From an uncultured Planctomycetota bacterium (GTDB taxonomy: Bacteria > Planctomycetota > B143-G9): a stretch of 64,000 bases of DNA. Position 1 is the stretch's first letter. Every line of letters starts with the position of its first letter. A program made the position numbers and the translations under genes. The stretch spans positions 40,308 through 104,307 of the forward strand of contig CAZNBY010000003.1 in NCBI GenBank assembly GCA_964571525.1, in the 5' to 3' direction. Positions 48,919-59,600 of the stretch are shown one piece after another. Under the pieces are notes generated by a model. The model saw nothing but the letters and a program-made list of their open reading frames with translations, was not told the DNA's origin and searched no databases.

Positions 48919-50289
48919 ATGACCAACAGATTAACATTGCTTGTTATGCTTCTGATTTTCGCAGCCCAGATCGGCTCGGTTGCTTGTGCCGGTAACATAG
49001 ACCTTGTCACACTCCCTAGCCGTGACGGCGTTCAGTTGACGATCTATAATTCTGAGGACATCACTCTTGTCAAAGAGACCCGTTCGCTTGCTTTCAAAAG
49101 GGGCACCAACTCACTTCAGTTCTCATGGGCAAACACCCTGATTGATCCTTCCAGCGTCGAGTTTAGACCAATCGAACACAAGGACGAAATCACCCTTGTT
49201 GACACAGTGTTTCCCGGCCTAAAGCCCCAGCACTTGGTGTGGAACATTGACTCGAAATTCGAGGGTCAGGCACGCGTCGAGGTGAGTTACTTCACAAGCG
49301 GCCTTTCGTGGGCGATGGATTACACCGCAATAACAAATCCCGACGAGACTCTTCTATCGTTAAATGGCTTTGTTTCTGTAACGAATGGATCCGGCGAGAA
49401 CTACGAAAACGCTCAGATTCGGCTTGTTGTAGGCAACATCAACCTTGTCGAGAAGATAAGCGATCTTGCGAAGCGCAAAGGGCTTGAGGTAACGACACTT
49501 ACACCGCCTGAGTATGATGAACTTCGCCACAACGCGCTTTGGGACGCAATGGATGGCAACAACGCACCCTCCGAAGACGCTTTTGCTGAAGGCGCAGCGC
49601 AGATAGAGGAAAAACAGGTGATCAAGGAAGGTCTAAGCGAGTATTTCATATTCACGATAGAGGGGCGTGAGACCGTACCGCATAGCTGGACAAAACGGAT
49701 GGGTGCCGTCAATGCTGCAAATGTGCCTTTCGAAATCGTTTATCGTATGCGGGATTACCAATACGGACCCCGCCCTGTGCGCTTCTATGTCTGGAACAAT
49801 GACACTGAGCATAAGTTGGGAGAAAGCCCGCTTCCTGACGGAATGATAAGTGTCTTCCGCGATAATGGCAGAGACGGCCTTGCCTTTTGCGCTCGGCAGT
49901 ATATTAACTATGTGCCCATACGAGCAGATATAGAGATCAACCTTGGTGCAGATGATCTTGTTGTTTACAAGACGGTGAAGGCCGAGTTATCGCGTGGCGA
50001 ATTTAGCTTCCGGTCAAGTGGAAGGCAGGAATATGTTGATGGTTGGAAGGAACGAACTCTGTGGAAAGATGTTGTCAGCAACTACCGCTCAAAGCCGATT
50101 AAATTCGAGCTTAGGCGCGTCTGGCAGGGCGATGTCGAATACTCATCTGATACAAAGGGTGGATTGTTTGACTATCAAACCGTCGAGACCGTCTTTTCCA
50201 TAGAAGGCAACACGAAAAAGAACATTAATGCCGAAGTAACGGCTTTGCAGGGAAGACTGGCAAAGCAGGCGAGAGTGGTGGTGAAATAA
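48919..50289 (+). CDS. Secreted DUF4140/DUF4139-like protein, paralog 4
   Basis: LVTLPSRDGVQLTIYNSEDITLVKETRSLAFKRGTNSLQFSWANTLIDPSSVEFR. Last gene of the array. Confidence 0.6.
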   Translation: MTNRLTLLVMLLIFAAQIGSVACAGNIDLVTLPSRDGVQLTIYNSEDITLVKETRSLAFKRGTNSLQFSWANTLIDPSSVEFRPIEHKDEITLVDTVFPGLKPQHLVWNIDSKFEGQARVEVSYFTSGLSWAMDYTAITNPDETLLSLNGFVSVTNGSGENYENAQIRLVVGNINLVEKISDLAKRKGLEVTTLTPPEYDELRHNALWDAMDGNNAPSEDAFAEGAAQIEEKQVIKEGLSEYFIFTIEGRETVPHSWTKRMGAVNAANVPFEIVYRMRDYQYGPRPVRFYVWNNDTEHKLGESPLPDGMISVFRDNGRDGLAFCARQYINYVPIRADIEINLGADDLVVYKTVKAELSRGEFSFRSSGRQEYVDGWKERTLWKDVVSNYRSKPIKFELRRVWQGDVEYSSDTKGGLFDYQTVETVFSIEGNTKKNINAEVTALQGRLAKQARVVVK

Positions 50290-50317
50290 TCTCTACGGCA
50301 TAATAACGCTGAGCATG

Positions 50318-50353
50318 AAAAAAACGCCCGTCGAAAAGCGGGCGTTTTTTTCT
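50318..50353. terminator. Bidirectional intrinsic terminator
   Basis: aaaaaaa-cgcccg-tcgaaaag-cgggcg-ttttttt. A GC stem flanked by an A-run and a T-run serves both the paralog array on the plus strand and the ferredoxin on the minus strand. Confidence 0.6.
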
Positions 50354-50412
50354 AAAACTCGAACACCGGATTACCGCAGGGTATCGGAAGACGATACACC
50401 TGAGACATTCGG

Positions 50413-50583
50413 GTTATTCGGGCGCAATTGCGCTCACGGGGCAGGCATCAACGCAAGAGCCGCAATCTACACAAGCATCGGGGTCAATGATGTAGTGCGG
50501 GCTGCCTTCGCTGATCGCTCCAACAGGGCAGCTTTCGATGCAAGAACCGCATGCAACGCATGCATCGCTGATCTTGTGAGCCA
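50413..50583 (-). CDS. 2x[4Fe-4S] ferredoxin of 56 aa, absent from the ORF track because it is shorter than 60 aa
   Basis: Hand translation of the reverse complement gives MAHKISDACVACGSCIESCPVGAISEGSPHYIIDPDACVDCGSCVDACPVSAIAPE*. It has two CxxCxxCxxxCP clusters. Confidence 0.8.
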
Positions 50584-50692
50584 TGGGACCTCCAATCCGA
50601 ATGTGGTTGAATTTAGTATATGGAAAATTGCTTGTCTGTCAAACAAATATTGCAGTATTTTAGACGGGTTCAAACCCGATCGGACAATAGAA

Positions 50693-50720
50693 AAGGGTCG
50701 CTGATTGCTCAGCGACCCTT
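50693..50720 (-). terminator. Intrinsic terminator immediately after the Rhs gene
   Basis: Perfect 12-bp inverted repeat aagggtcgctga/tcagcgaccctt with loop ttgc. On the minus-strand transcript TTTTCTATTG follows. Confidence 0.55.
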
Positions 50721-50738
50721 GTGTTGTGAGGGTTGTTG

Positions 50739-53700
50739 TTACCAAGGTTTTGTTCGGTAGTATTCGTATTGTCCGTAACCCCATGCTGCGACATCAAGTA
50801 TGTCATTCGCAAGCAGAGCCCACCCGACGATCGGCACCATTCGCGATGCTCCGCGAAATACGGTTCGAGTGACTGCAGGGGCTGCTTTTAACCCCATTCG
50901 AAGTGCCTGTCTTCCATACTTCTTAACACCCCACTCTGCGGCCATCTCGACACCCTTTTCTATGCTCTCGTCAACCGCCGCATCAACGCAATCGCTTGTG
51001 ACATCAACAACATCATCCATCCATATTTGCTGTGTTGTTGTATCGCGAGGCGCAGGAATGCCGATATCAGCGGTCTGACTCGCATAGCCTATGTCGTAGT
51101 TCGGGTCGAAGAACGGGCATTCGTATTCCTCATCTTCATCTTCATGACCGGTGGGGTCAAAGAAACGCATTGGATTGCAGCGAGCATACGCATAAGGATT
51201 AAACCCGTTGCGGTACAATGATGGATCAGGTGTAAGAAAACGACCGATCTGCGGATGATACCAGCGATGGCGCATGAAATATAGGCCAGCCTCGAAATCG
51301 TATTCTGAACCAGCGAAAAGGAACGGATTCGGGATGCCCTTGTCGTCCATCGCCAATATGTTGCCGTATGCATCGTACACATAGCTCGATGTTACGCCAC
51401 CGCCGTTAAGCCCGACGACATTGCGGAAACCATCTTGAGCATAGCGATAAACAACACCGCCGTAAATCATAACCAGCGGGCGGTTAGCTTCATCAGCATG
51501 TGCGAATTCAGCTAACTTACTTGTTGAAGTGTCATACATGCCAATCAGCCGTTCCTGATGATCATAGATGTAATAAGTGCGTACGCCGTTTATCTCGCGG
51601 CAGGTTCTTAGTCCAAGCGGGCTGTAGTAGTAGTTGATAGTCTTTTCGATGTCGCTTTCTACTGTCTTGCCGTTGTAGATCACAACTTGAGTTAGATTGC
51701 CTGCGGCATCATAGGCATATGCGCGACGCCTTAAACCATCAGCGGATGGAGACTCAAGCGTCATGCGATTCGATGAATCATAGTAGTAACTGCATGTGTC
51801 GTCGTTTGTCAGCTTGTTGCCAGAAAACTGCGCCATTGGCCGCATGTGGGTTCCTGAAATGTTGTTATTGCCCGTGTAGCCGTAAGACTCATTCGGGCCT
51901 GGGAATCCGATGGGATGAGTTACGCTCTTTATTCTGCCTGCACCGTCAAGTGCAACTGTATGCCCACCGTAGGAATCAGTGTAGTAAACGCAACCAAGAT
52001 GATTCCATGTGTAGGTATAACTTCCCGCAAATGAATTGACAGAGCTGATGAATCCAGCAGATGTGCGAGTGTAGCTTACATTCGCGTCGCCGTAATTCAG
52101 AGTAGTAATCTGCCCCTTTGCGTTGCGGGATATGTTGACGAGATTCGAACCGCCATCGCTTAGAGACGATAGGCGCATATCAAAGCGCGAAAAACCGAAT
52201 CTGAAACCGGTGGTTCCAACATTTATACGCTGATACAGCACCCGTTCAGACGCCGTCTCAAGAGTTATGCCTGTGTTGTAGAAATGCTGCCCATTTGGGT
52301 CACTGTAACCGATGTAGTTGATGTTGTTGTTCGCATCATACCCATAGTTCAGCGTGACATTCTGGCTGTTTGCGGATGTCATCTTGCCGGCATCGTTGTA
52401 ATCAAAGTTGATGTTGTATGAGCCTGTCGGACCTGATATCTTCTTCTCGGTGCATTTACCGTTGTCATCGTAGGTAAACTCAAATTGGTTATTGCCAGCT
52501 CCATTGTAAATAGTCGGCAGGCCATTTGGTTTAAAGGTCGAAGTGTAATCGCCCTCGGGACCAGATACGCTTGTGCAACGGTAGAACTTATCATACTGGA
52601 AAGATAGTCCGCCACTCGGCTTCGTGACTCCGGTGATTATGCACTCAGGTGTATAACCACCGATTATTGCGCTGCGATGCAAGTTGGTTACAGCAAAGCT
52701 GAATGTGGCGGCTGGTGTGGTAATCGAGGTGATGTTTCCGGCTGCATTATATGTGAAAGTTGCCGTCTCGTCACCACCTGTCTTTGATATTACTCGTCCA
52801 GAATCGTTGTATGTGTAGGTGTAGTTGATTCCGTTTCGATTAACAGAGATAATACGACCCAAAGCGTCATATTGCGCACTTATCTCTTGATTTCCATCCC
52901 GATATTGCCCGATGGGAACTCCACCATCGTAGGTAAATGCCATGTTGATTGAGCCAGAGTAAGTATTGATCACTCTGCCTTCATCATCATAGCCGTAGTA
53001 CTTTGTCTCATTGATTGGATTAGTTACCTTTGTAAGCTTTCCATCCTCATCGAACTCTGACACCCAGTACTCACCATTGATCTTGTTGATAATAGTGTGC
53101 AAGGTGCCAGACGGATTGCGATAGTAGTACTCGACCCGCTTTCCGTTTGGATAAGTTACATTCTGGATCTTACCGGTCGGGTAGTACTCCTTAAGCAGCT
53201 TCTTGCCTCCCTGTTCAACTTCCATTGTAAGCCCTTGTTTTGTGAATGTAACCATCGGCTGGTTCTCACCGTCGAACTTCGCCTGAACCTTATCTACCTT
53301 TGGCGCGAGTTGAGGCCATGTGACCTCGTCGGCGAACTCGTTGATAATGCCGCTAAGCCCATCTTCTGTTATCGTCTGTGTGTATTCACCGTTGTACTGG
53401 ATTTCGGTGACGAACTGCTTGTCGTCGTATGTGTAGGTGACTCTATGCCCGACCGGATCGGTCTTGCTCGCAAGGAGTCCATGATAGTTGTATGTGTAGG
53501 AGCTTATAGCGTTGCCGGGGGTGGCAATGTTCGCAAGAAAACCATCTGAAAGCGTCAGAGTAGAGGTGCGGTCGAGGTTGTCTTTTATTACTACACTGCC
53601 ACCGGTATAATTGAAGTCCCAGAATCCAACCTTGTCAATCGCAATGCGCGTTACCTTCGGGTTGTTCTCGTCTGAAGTGTCATACGAATATGTGGTCTTC

Positions 53701-56399
53701 GCGCCACTTGGCAGCGTTACATTCTGAAGCAATCCGTTCTCATCAAACTCATGCTTTTCACCGCCCGGGGATTCGATGAAGAACTTACCACCCATTTTAG
53801 TAAGCGACATGTTTTCTGAGCCTTGCGCAGTCCAGTCGCCAGTCAATCTCTGCCAGATACGAATGCTCGACATACGCCCAATACCGCTGATGTACATATT
53901 GTCGCCAGGTCCGCATGCGATATTGCCAGCCTCAAAGAACTGCAGACTCTTAACCGCTAAGCGATCGGTGTTCAATGCCGTCTTTGTGCCGCCGTTTAAC
54001 AGCGTAACCTTGGAGTTGACATCAACCTTGAAGAGCTTGAACATTTCAAGCAGGAAAATCTCTCCTGCGGAATTAAAAGCGATATCAACAAGAGGGGGGA
54101 TGTTTGCTTCAGAAAGTTCAAGATCCTTTTCAACCTCTGGGTTCTTTGCTCCATTTCCGCCGATAACCTCAGACTGTGTATCGCCGTTTCCGTCAATGTA
54201 ACCGCGGACGATCTCACCTGTATTCCAATCGTGGTTTTGCACATAGAAGAAACCAAGGCGGTCAACACCAAGAGCCCGAGCATTTGATGTTGGATAGACA
54301 AGCTTGGTCTCACTCTCATCCGCAAGTATTCGCCATAAGCCTTCGGAACCTAACACATATAAATCGCCATTCGGCGCAAAGGCAATGTCCCATGTGCCCG
54401 CAACAGTAGCAACATGCACCCAAGAGCCATCTTTGAACTTGTCAATCGAATCACCTGTGCAGTAATAAGGCTCTTTTGTTGATGGATTGACTGCGAATGG
54501 ATCGCCATGTGGCATGGTTAGAGGGCGGGTTGCGATGGTTGTAACATCAGTGCCTGCAATAGGCTCAGCAGGATACTCGTCGCCCACGGGTGGCTCGCCC
54601 ATGGGATCCTTCATGCGGTATATGGTTACTGTTGCAGGTGATCCCCAGCTATCGCGGTAACTGTGCGCTATATACAGATATTCGCCGTCGCTGTCTGTGC
54701 GGATTGTGCGGTTCCATTCCTCGAATGCGTTACGACCGATTTCTGGAGCATCCGGTTGGAGCAGATAGAAGTAGTTTTCTGCATAAAGCTGGTGTTCAGC
54801 TTTGAACATAACTGGTGGGCCTTCGCGTCTTCCAGCCAGCATAGCAGCATCGCGATCTTGCGAGAAATACAGACGCTCAAGACCCGCGATATACCAGCCC
54901 TTGCCAAACGGGCTGTCATTGAGGTTGATGAGCCCCATATAGCGCCTGTGGTTGATATTGTATGTCGGCGCGGGATCATCGCCATTGCGGTCTATCTTGC
55001 CAGCTTTTTGCGATGGCGGGGTTGGAGGAACAAACATACATGGTGCGGTTCTTGCGATTGCAAGGGGAATAGAGGGCTGAGGATAGACAAAGCTGCCTGT
55101 AGCCGAGTTTGAATATCTGCCTGCAAAATACTGACCATATGCGATGTTGTAAGGGTAGGGGCCTGATGGCAGTACAACCTTATTGCCTTTGTCATCTTCC
55201 TTTGTCACATCCACGACAACGCGAGATATTGTTGCATCTGATGAGTCTTCAACTATTGCCTCGAAGACCTGATTGAAGCCACCAAAGCGAATGCGCCCGA
55301 ACATGGCGTCTGCCTTATCGGCTGGGCGCCCCTTTGCTGTAACCTCGATCATCCTCTTTGCACGCACGGTATCGGATTCATAAAGCAGCGATATAGTATT
55401 CTCGACACCGAACGCGAATATGGATGGCAGGTCAACACCGACCATCAGGTTGCCATTCGTGACATCTACATGGGGTTCGCCCGACATGAAGTTGTCGTTC
55501 GAAAGCGATACTTCGTAAAGGTCCCTTTCTGAGCCAATATCTGAAATCACAGGTAAAGCGGCAAGGAAAGTAGAGAAGTGGTTAGTGGTGAACTGTATCC
55601 ATAGGCCATCGGCTGTTACCGTTCCGACGCCATGGTCTTCCCATTCGCCAGTATTAGTGTTGTAATAACCGATTGGGACAGATGTACCAACTGGCAAGCC
55701 GATGGAGTTCGTCAGTTTGATAGTTATAAGGCCACCGACCGCGCTTGTCGCGTCAAGTACTATACCGCCCACCACCGCGCAATTAGGTGGAATTTGGCCG
55801 GGAAGCGCAAAGTCATAGGTCTCTTCTGGAATGTAATATGCAGTTACCTCTGTTCCGTTTGGGAACACAGAGGATGGTATGATGATAGATGCTTTTGTCG
55901 AGACATTAATTGTGCCGCCGGTTGCGCCGACAGTCTGCTGTGCGCCGTCTCCGGGTATCAGATAGATATTGCCCATGTGTACCTGAGCACCGAGCGAAAC
56001 TGGTACGAATTGCGTCTCGGGCACATGCCCGTCAATGTGCATCGTAACCTTCAAATTGCCCGGAAACACTGGAAAATTGAAGCGGCCGTTGATATCCGTC
56101 GTGCCCATTAAAACGCCGTTTCCATCGAACAAAGAGACATTGCTCAACGGGTTCCCGCTGCCATACGACACGACCTTGCCAGAAATAAAGCCTCTGCTTC
56201 CAAGCGTCGGTGTAGGAGTGGGCGTAGGTGTCGCAGTTGGGGAAGGTGTAACTGTAGGAGAAGGGGATGGAGTTAATGTGCCGGATACAGACGCTGTTGG
56301 AGATGCCGAGGTTGTTGTCCCACCGCCACCACCGCCGCCGCACGCGACGGCGATATGGAGCATTAACAGCACTGATGCGATAAATGCGAAGCGCTTCAT
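50739..56399 (-). CDS. Rhs/YD-repeat polymorphic-toxin protein with signal peptide, poly-Gly and Pro/Thr-rich linker, and a C-terminal variable domain (1886 aa)
   Basis: N-terminus MKRFAFIASVLLMLHIAVACGGGGGGG followed by a TPSPTATPTPTPTPT linker. A carboxypeptidase-regulatory-like beta domain and many YD repeats (YxYDxxG) follow. The Rhs core ends YDAYGNIL...RHRWYHPQIGRFLTPDPSLYRNGFNPYAYARCNPMRFFDPTGH. A C-terminal tail of about 135 aa with no recognisable motif follows. Confidence 0.85.
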   Translation of the reverse strand: MKRFAFIASVLLMLHIAVACGGGGGGGTTTSASPTASVSGTLTPSPSPTVTPSPTATPTPTPTPTLGSRGFISGKVVSYGSGNPLSNVSLFDGNGVLMGTTDINGRFNFPVFPGNLKVTMHIDGHVPETQFVPVSLGAQVHMGNIYLIPGDGAQQTVGATGGTINVSTKASIIIPSSVFPNGTEVTAYYIPEETYDFALPGQIPPNCAVVGGIVLDATSAVGGLITIKLTNSIGLPVGTSVPIGYYNTNTGEWEDHGVGTVTADGLWIQFTTNHFSTFLAALPVISDIGSERDLYEVSLSNDNFMSGEPHVDVTNGNLMVGVDLPSIFAFGVENTISLLYESDTVRAKRMIEVTAKGRPADKADAMFGRIRFGGFNQVFEAIVEDSSDATISRVVVDVTKEDDKGNKVVLPSGPYPYNIAYGQYFAGRYSNSATGSFVYPQPSIPLAIARTAPCMFVPPTPPSQKAGKIDRNGDDPAPTYNINHRRYMGLINLNDSPFGKGWYIAGLERLYFSQDRDAAMLAGRREGPPVMFKAEHQLYAENYFYLLQPDAPEIGRNAFEEWNRTIRTDSDGEYLYIAHSYRDSWGSPATVTIYRMKDPMGEPPVGDEYPAEPIAGTDVTTIATRPLTMPHGDPFAVNPSTKEPYYCTGDSIDKFKDGSWVHVATVAGTWDIAFAPNGDLYVLGSEGLWRILADESETKLVYPTSNARALGVDRLGFFYVQNHDWNTGEIVRGYIDGNGDTQSEVIGGNGAKNPEVEKDLELSEANIPPLVDIAFNSAGEIFLLEMFKLFKVDVNSKVTLLNGGTKTALNTDRLAVKSLQFFEAGNIACGPGDNMYISGIGRMSSIRIWQRLTGDWTAQGSENMSLTKMGGKFFIESPGGEKHEFDENGLLQNVTLPSGAKTTYSYDTSDENNPKVTRIAIDKVGFWDFNYTGGSVVIKDNLDRTSTLTLSDGFLANIATPGNAISSYTYNYHGLLASKTDPVGHRVTYTYDDKQFVTEIQYNGEYTQTITEDGLSGIINEFADEVTWPQLAPKVDKVQAKFDGENQPMVTFTKQGLTMEVEQGGKKLLKEYYPTGKIQNVTYPNGKRVEYYYRNPSGTLHTIINKINGEYWVSEFDEDGKLTKVTNPINETKYYGYDDEGRVINTYSGSINMAFTYDGGVPIGQYRDGNQEISAQYDALGRIISVNRNGINYTYTYNDSGRVISKTGGDETATFTYNAAGNITSITTPAATFSFAVTNLHRSAIIGGYTPECIITGVTKPSGGLSFQYDKFYRCTSVSGPEGDYTSTFKPNGLPTIYNGAGNNQFEFTYDDNGKCTEKKISGPTGSYNINFDYNDAGKMTSANSQNVTLNYGYDANNNINYIGYSDPNGQHFYNTGITLETASERVLYQRINVGTTGFRFGFSRFDMRLSSLSDGGSNLVNISRNAKGQITTLNYGDANVSYTRTSAGFISSVNSFAGSYTYTWNHLGCVYYTDSYGGHTVALDGAGRIKSVTHPIGFPGPNESYGYTGNNNISGTHMRPMAQFSGNKLTNDDTCSYYYDSSNRMTLESPSADGLRRRAYAYDAAGNLTQVVIYNGKTVESDIEKTINYYYSPLGLRTCREINGVRTYYIYDHQERLIGMYDTSTSKLAEFAHADEANRPLVMIYGGVVYRYAQDGFRNVVGLNGGGVTSSYVYDAYGNILAMDDKGIPNPFLFAGSEYDFEAGLYFMRHRWYHPQIGRFLTPDPSLYRNGFNPYAYARCNPMRFFDPTGHEDEDEEYECPFFDPNYDIGYASQTADIGIPAPRDTTTQQIWMDDVVDVTSDCVDAAVDESIEKGVEMAAEWGVKKYGRQALRMGLKAAPAVTRTVFRGASRMVPIVGWALLANDILDVAAWGYGQYEYYRTKPW

Positions 56400-56631
56400 A
56401 GAACTCTCCTGGGTACTTTATTGTTAGGGATTATGAAATTGCGTGGTAAGAACAAAGGCAAGCTGCAGCCATGCAGGCTGATACGGCGAAACAAGCACTT
56501 GATAACGGTTGGATAAGTCAGACTTCCCCCAATCAAGCGATGTATCTCATTGTGTCTGGATCTGCAATTATTATACGAATGCAGAAAATTAGTCAAGTGC
56601 GCTTCAGTTCAAGCGAGAAAAAAGGCACGAT

Positions 56632-59600
56632 TTACTTCTCTTGGATCTCAAGCTGGCGCCACAGATAAGATAGCGTATAAGAAAGTGCTTTTGGTGAATT
56701 GCACAGCACTAAGCGTCCGCGCGGGTCAGTGCCCATGAATACTGCTCCGTCATGTGGCTTCCAAAGTGCATCAAGAATCGGTGATGCCTTCTTGATTGTC
56801 TCGATGATGCTGTTGTTTAATCCTGTGCCAGCGATTCGAATTGGCACGAACACTACTGTGGTGCCACAGTCCCAAATGTTCTCGCTGCTCCGCTCGATCA
56901 GTTGGCGCTCAGTTATCGTAAGCACATACTCGTCATATTCGTCTGCGAGCCACACAAACCAAGGGTATTCGGCAACAAGAATATCCATAAGCCCGGATAG
57001 GCTGATCCAACCGGTCAGCGATGCTCGTAATCTGTCTGGCAGTGTGACACGAACCGCTGCCTTTGCTAATTGCGGGTCAACAGAAAATGATGTCTGCGAT
57101 TGTGTCGAAACCACGCGTACCAGTTCGCCAAGTGTTACCACACTTTCTGGAACATAGATAAGTTCGTACGGGATTGGGGCAAGAATCCCCGTTGTCAGCC
57201 ATGGTTTAGGCATGGCAGGTCGAGGTGCAGAGGCAGCATCTATCAACTTTTTAAGCCGTATTTGCCCCGACATGGGCATATTGGCGACTACATTCATATC
57301 ACGCTTTGCGATAGAAAAGCCGTGCTTTCCATCCGCAGGTGCCATAAACTCGCGCAAAAACACAATAGCCTGTTCCACCTGATCATCTGTAACAGCACCT
57401 GGGTATGAGTACACATGAACATCCGCGCTTTCTTCTGAAAGGAATCCATAACCCCGAGATAGCTGCACAGAAAACTGGCTCTTTACTTTTACAACACCTG
57501 CTCCGTATCTCCTTTCTAACGCAATAGGATCGCGATAGAACGCAGATAGCTCGTAAGCAAGGTAACTTAAAATCGAGCTTCTTGACCCGACCCAGTTCTG
57601 GGGTGCTATTCGCTTCTCAAAGGCTCCATCCTTCTTATATGTGTCGAGCAATTCCTTTGTCACCAGTATATCCATTTCGCAGACTGTAGAGACAAGCGAA
57701 ACTATCTCGACGATGTCAGTGGGCTCTGATGTTTGAACTAAAAGCGGAGCCTCGATACCACGCCTTTCACGCGGAACTACTCGAACTATGAATCGAGATC
57801 TCGATATGCCAGAAAATCCGTCATCCGCAGAAGCCTCGAACTCATGGCTGCCCAAAGGCAGATTTTCTATAACGAAATAGGGCAGAAACCTGAAACTTGC
57901 CTTTGACGATTGCCCTCCCGTTCGTCTTAGTGCATAGCGCAATGAATCGCCATCTCCATCAACCGTCGAAGACAAATCCACAATAAGCATATCACCGAGC
58001 ACGATTTCATAAGGAGCTTCGACCCTAACCTCAGGTGGGCGATTTGGTTCTTTTACCCTAACCTCAACCAAATCTGAAGAGCTTTGTTGACCATTACTTA
58101 CCTCAAGCTCGAATGAGTAGTTGCCAACCTTTAAAGGCACCAAATTTACCTTCGATTCAGTCTGCTTTTCAATGTCCACGATAGCAGGGCCGCCTACCTG
58201 CTTCCAAAGATAGGTAAGCGATCCGCCTCCAGCTTGTCTGCTGCCAGAACCATCCAGCGTCAGCGTTGCTCCCACCTCGCAATAGAAGTCTGCCCCCGCA
58301 TTCGCAACTGGAGCAGGGAAGGGGGATGTAACCTCGAATTTCGCTCTTGCTGGCGCGCTTCGTATCCCAGCAACGATTGCAACAACCTCGAACTCATATA
58401 TCCCCGGCTCTTTGGGGAAGAAGGTTACGGTCTCCTGCGTGGCGCGCGAGGATGAAAGCTGTGCAACCGGCCCCGAGAGCTGACGCCAGATATACTCAGC
58501 ACCCGCATTTTTTCCTTCTGTCGCTGCGGCAAGTGTTACCTTGCGGTTTACTGATGCTTTTGACGGCGCGAAACACGATACAACTGGCACTCCCTGCGTA
58601 GGTCTCACTATCACTGTCGCATACACCGGTTGCATGGCAACTGATTTGACTGTCGCGTTTACACAGAACTCGAAAACACCGCTGAATGGAAATGTCACAT
58701 CAAGGGTTGGCGCGGTTATCTCTGTCATTAGTGTGACGCCACGATGTTGTGTCCACTTATATACCCCGCCTTCAATCGGATTAACAACCTTCAGCGTTAC
58801 AGTCGAATTTATTCCCGTCGTTATGACCTGAGGCTCGACAGCAATCAGCTTTGCATCGCGGTTGACGCAAATAACTTCTGTCTCGCTTACCGTCTTGGCC
58901 TGCCCGTCAGATACTGTGAGCTTAAATCGTGCAGTGCCCTTGTTTTCGGCCCGCAGAGAGACATCTGTTTTTGAAAAGTCAGGTTCACCTTTCCAAAGTT
59001 TATCCCCGTTTACATGCTCCCACTCGCCCGTTATTTTGTCGCCATCAAGGTCGAATGATAATGACCCTTGCAGCGTGAACGACTCTCCCTGGCGTATGAC
59101 AATCTTCGATGGTGCTGCCGGTGTAGGCGGCATGTTTCCCTGTTTAACTTGTACTTCGATAACTGCCGTATTCGTCAGAGCGCCCGACTCATCAACCTTC
59201 AACAAGAATGTGTATATGCCTGAATAACGGGGCACAAACCAGCATACAATACCGCCACCCTCAAGCTCAACTGGTGGGCCATCAACCTGAAACCACTGAA
59301 ACGATAGCACCCCGCCCTGCGACGGGGATGACGCTGCGCCGCTAAGGGTTACCTTGCTATGAGCGTAAGCAGGTTTTGGCGAATAGACCGCGCGGACTGT
59401 AGGTTTTGCCAAGGCCGCCAATACGCTTAGTTCTTGAATTGGAGCATCTGTTCGTGCGATTCCGTCTGATACATACATCCGTATTACATACGAGCCTTCT
59501 GTTTGCGGCTTAAATACAAAGCGGGGGCCTATTGCCTCTGTCTTAGCTCCAGTTGCGATGCTCTCAGCGCTCCAGTGAAAGGTCAAAGGGTCATCGTCGG

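Noticed and set aside
50413-50583. Ferredoxin as a possible immunity gene for the upstream Rhs toxin
   Set aside because: The Rhs gene has its own intrinsic terminator (50693-50720) before the ferredoxin. Ferredoxins are housekeeping electron carriers and are not a known immunity family.
50315-50704. 129-aa plus-strand ORF
   Set aside because: It starts inside the bidirectional terminator and runs antisense through the ferredoxin gene. The real gene is the 56-aa ferredoxin on the minus strand.
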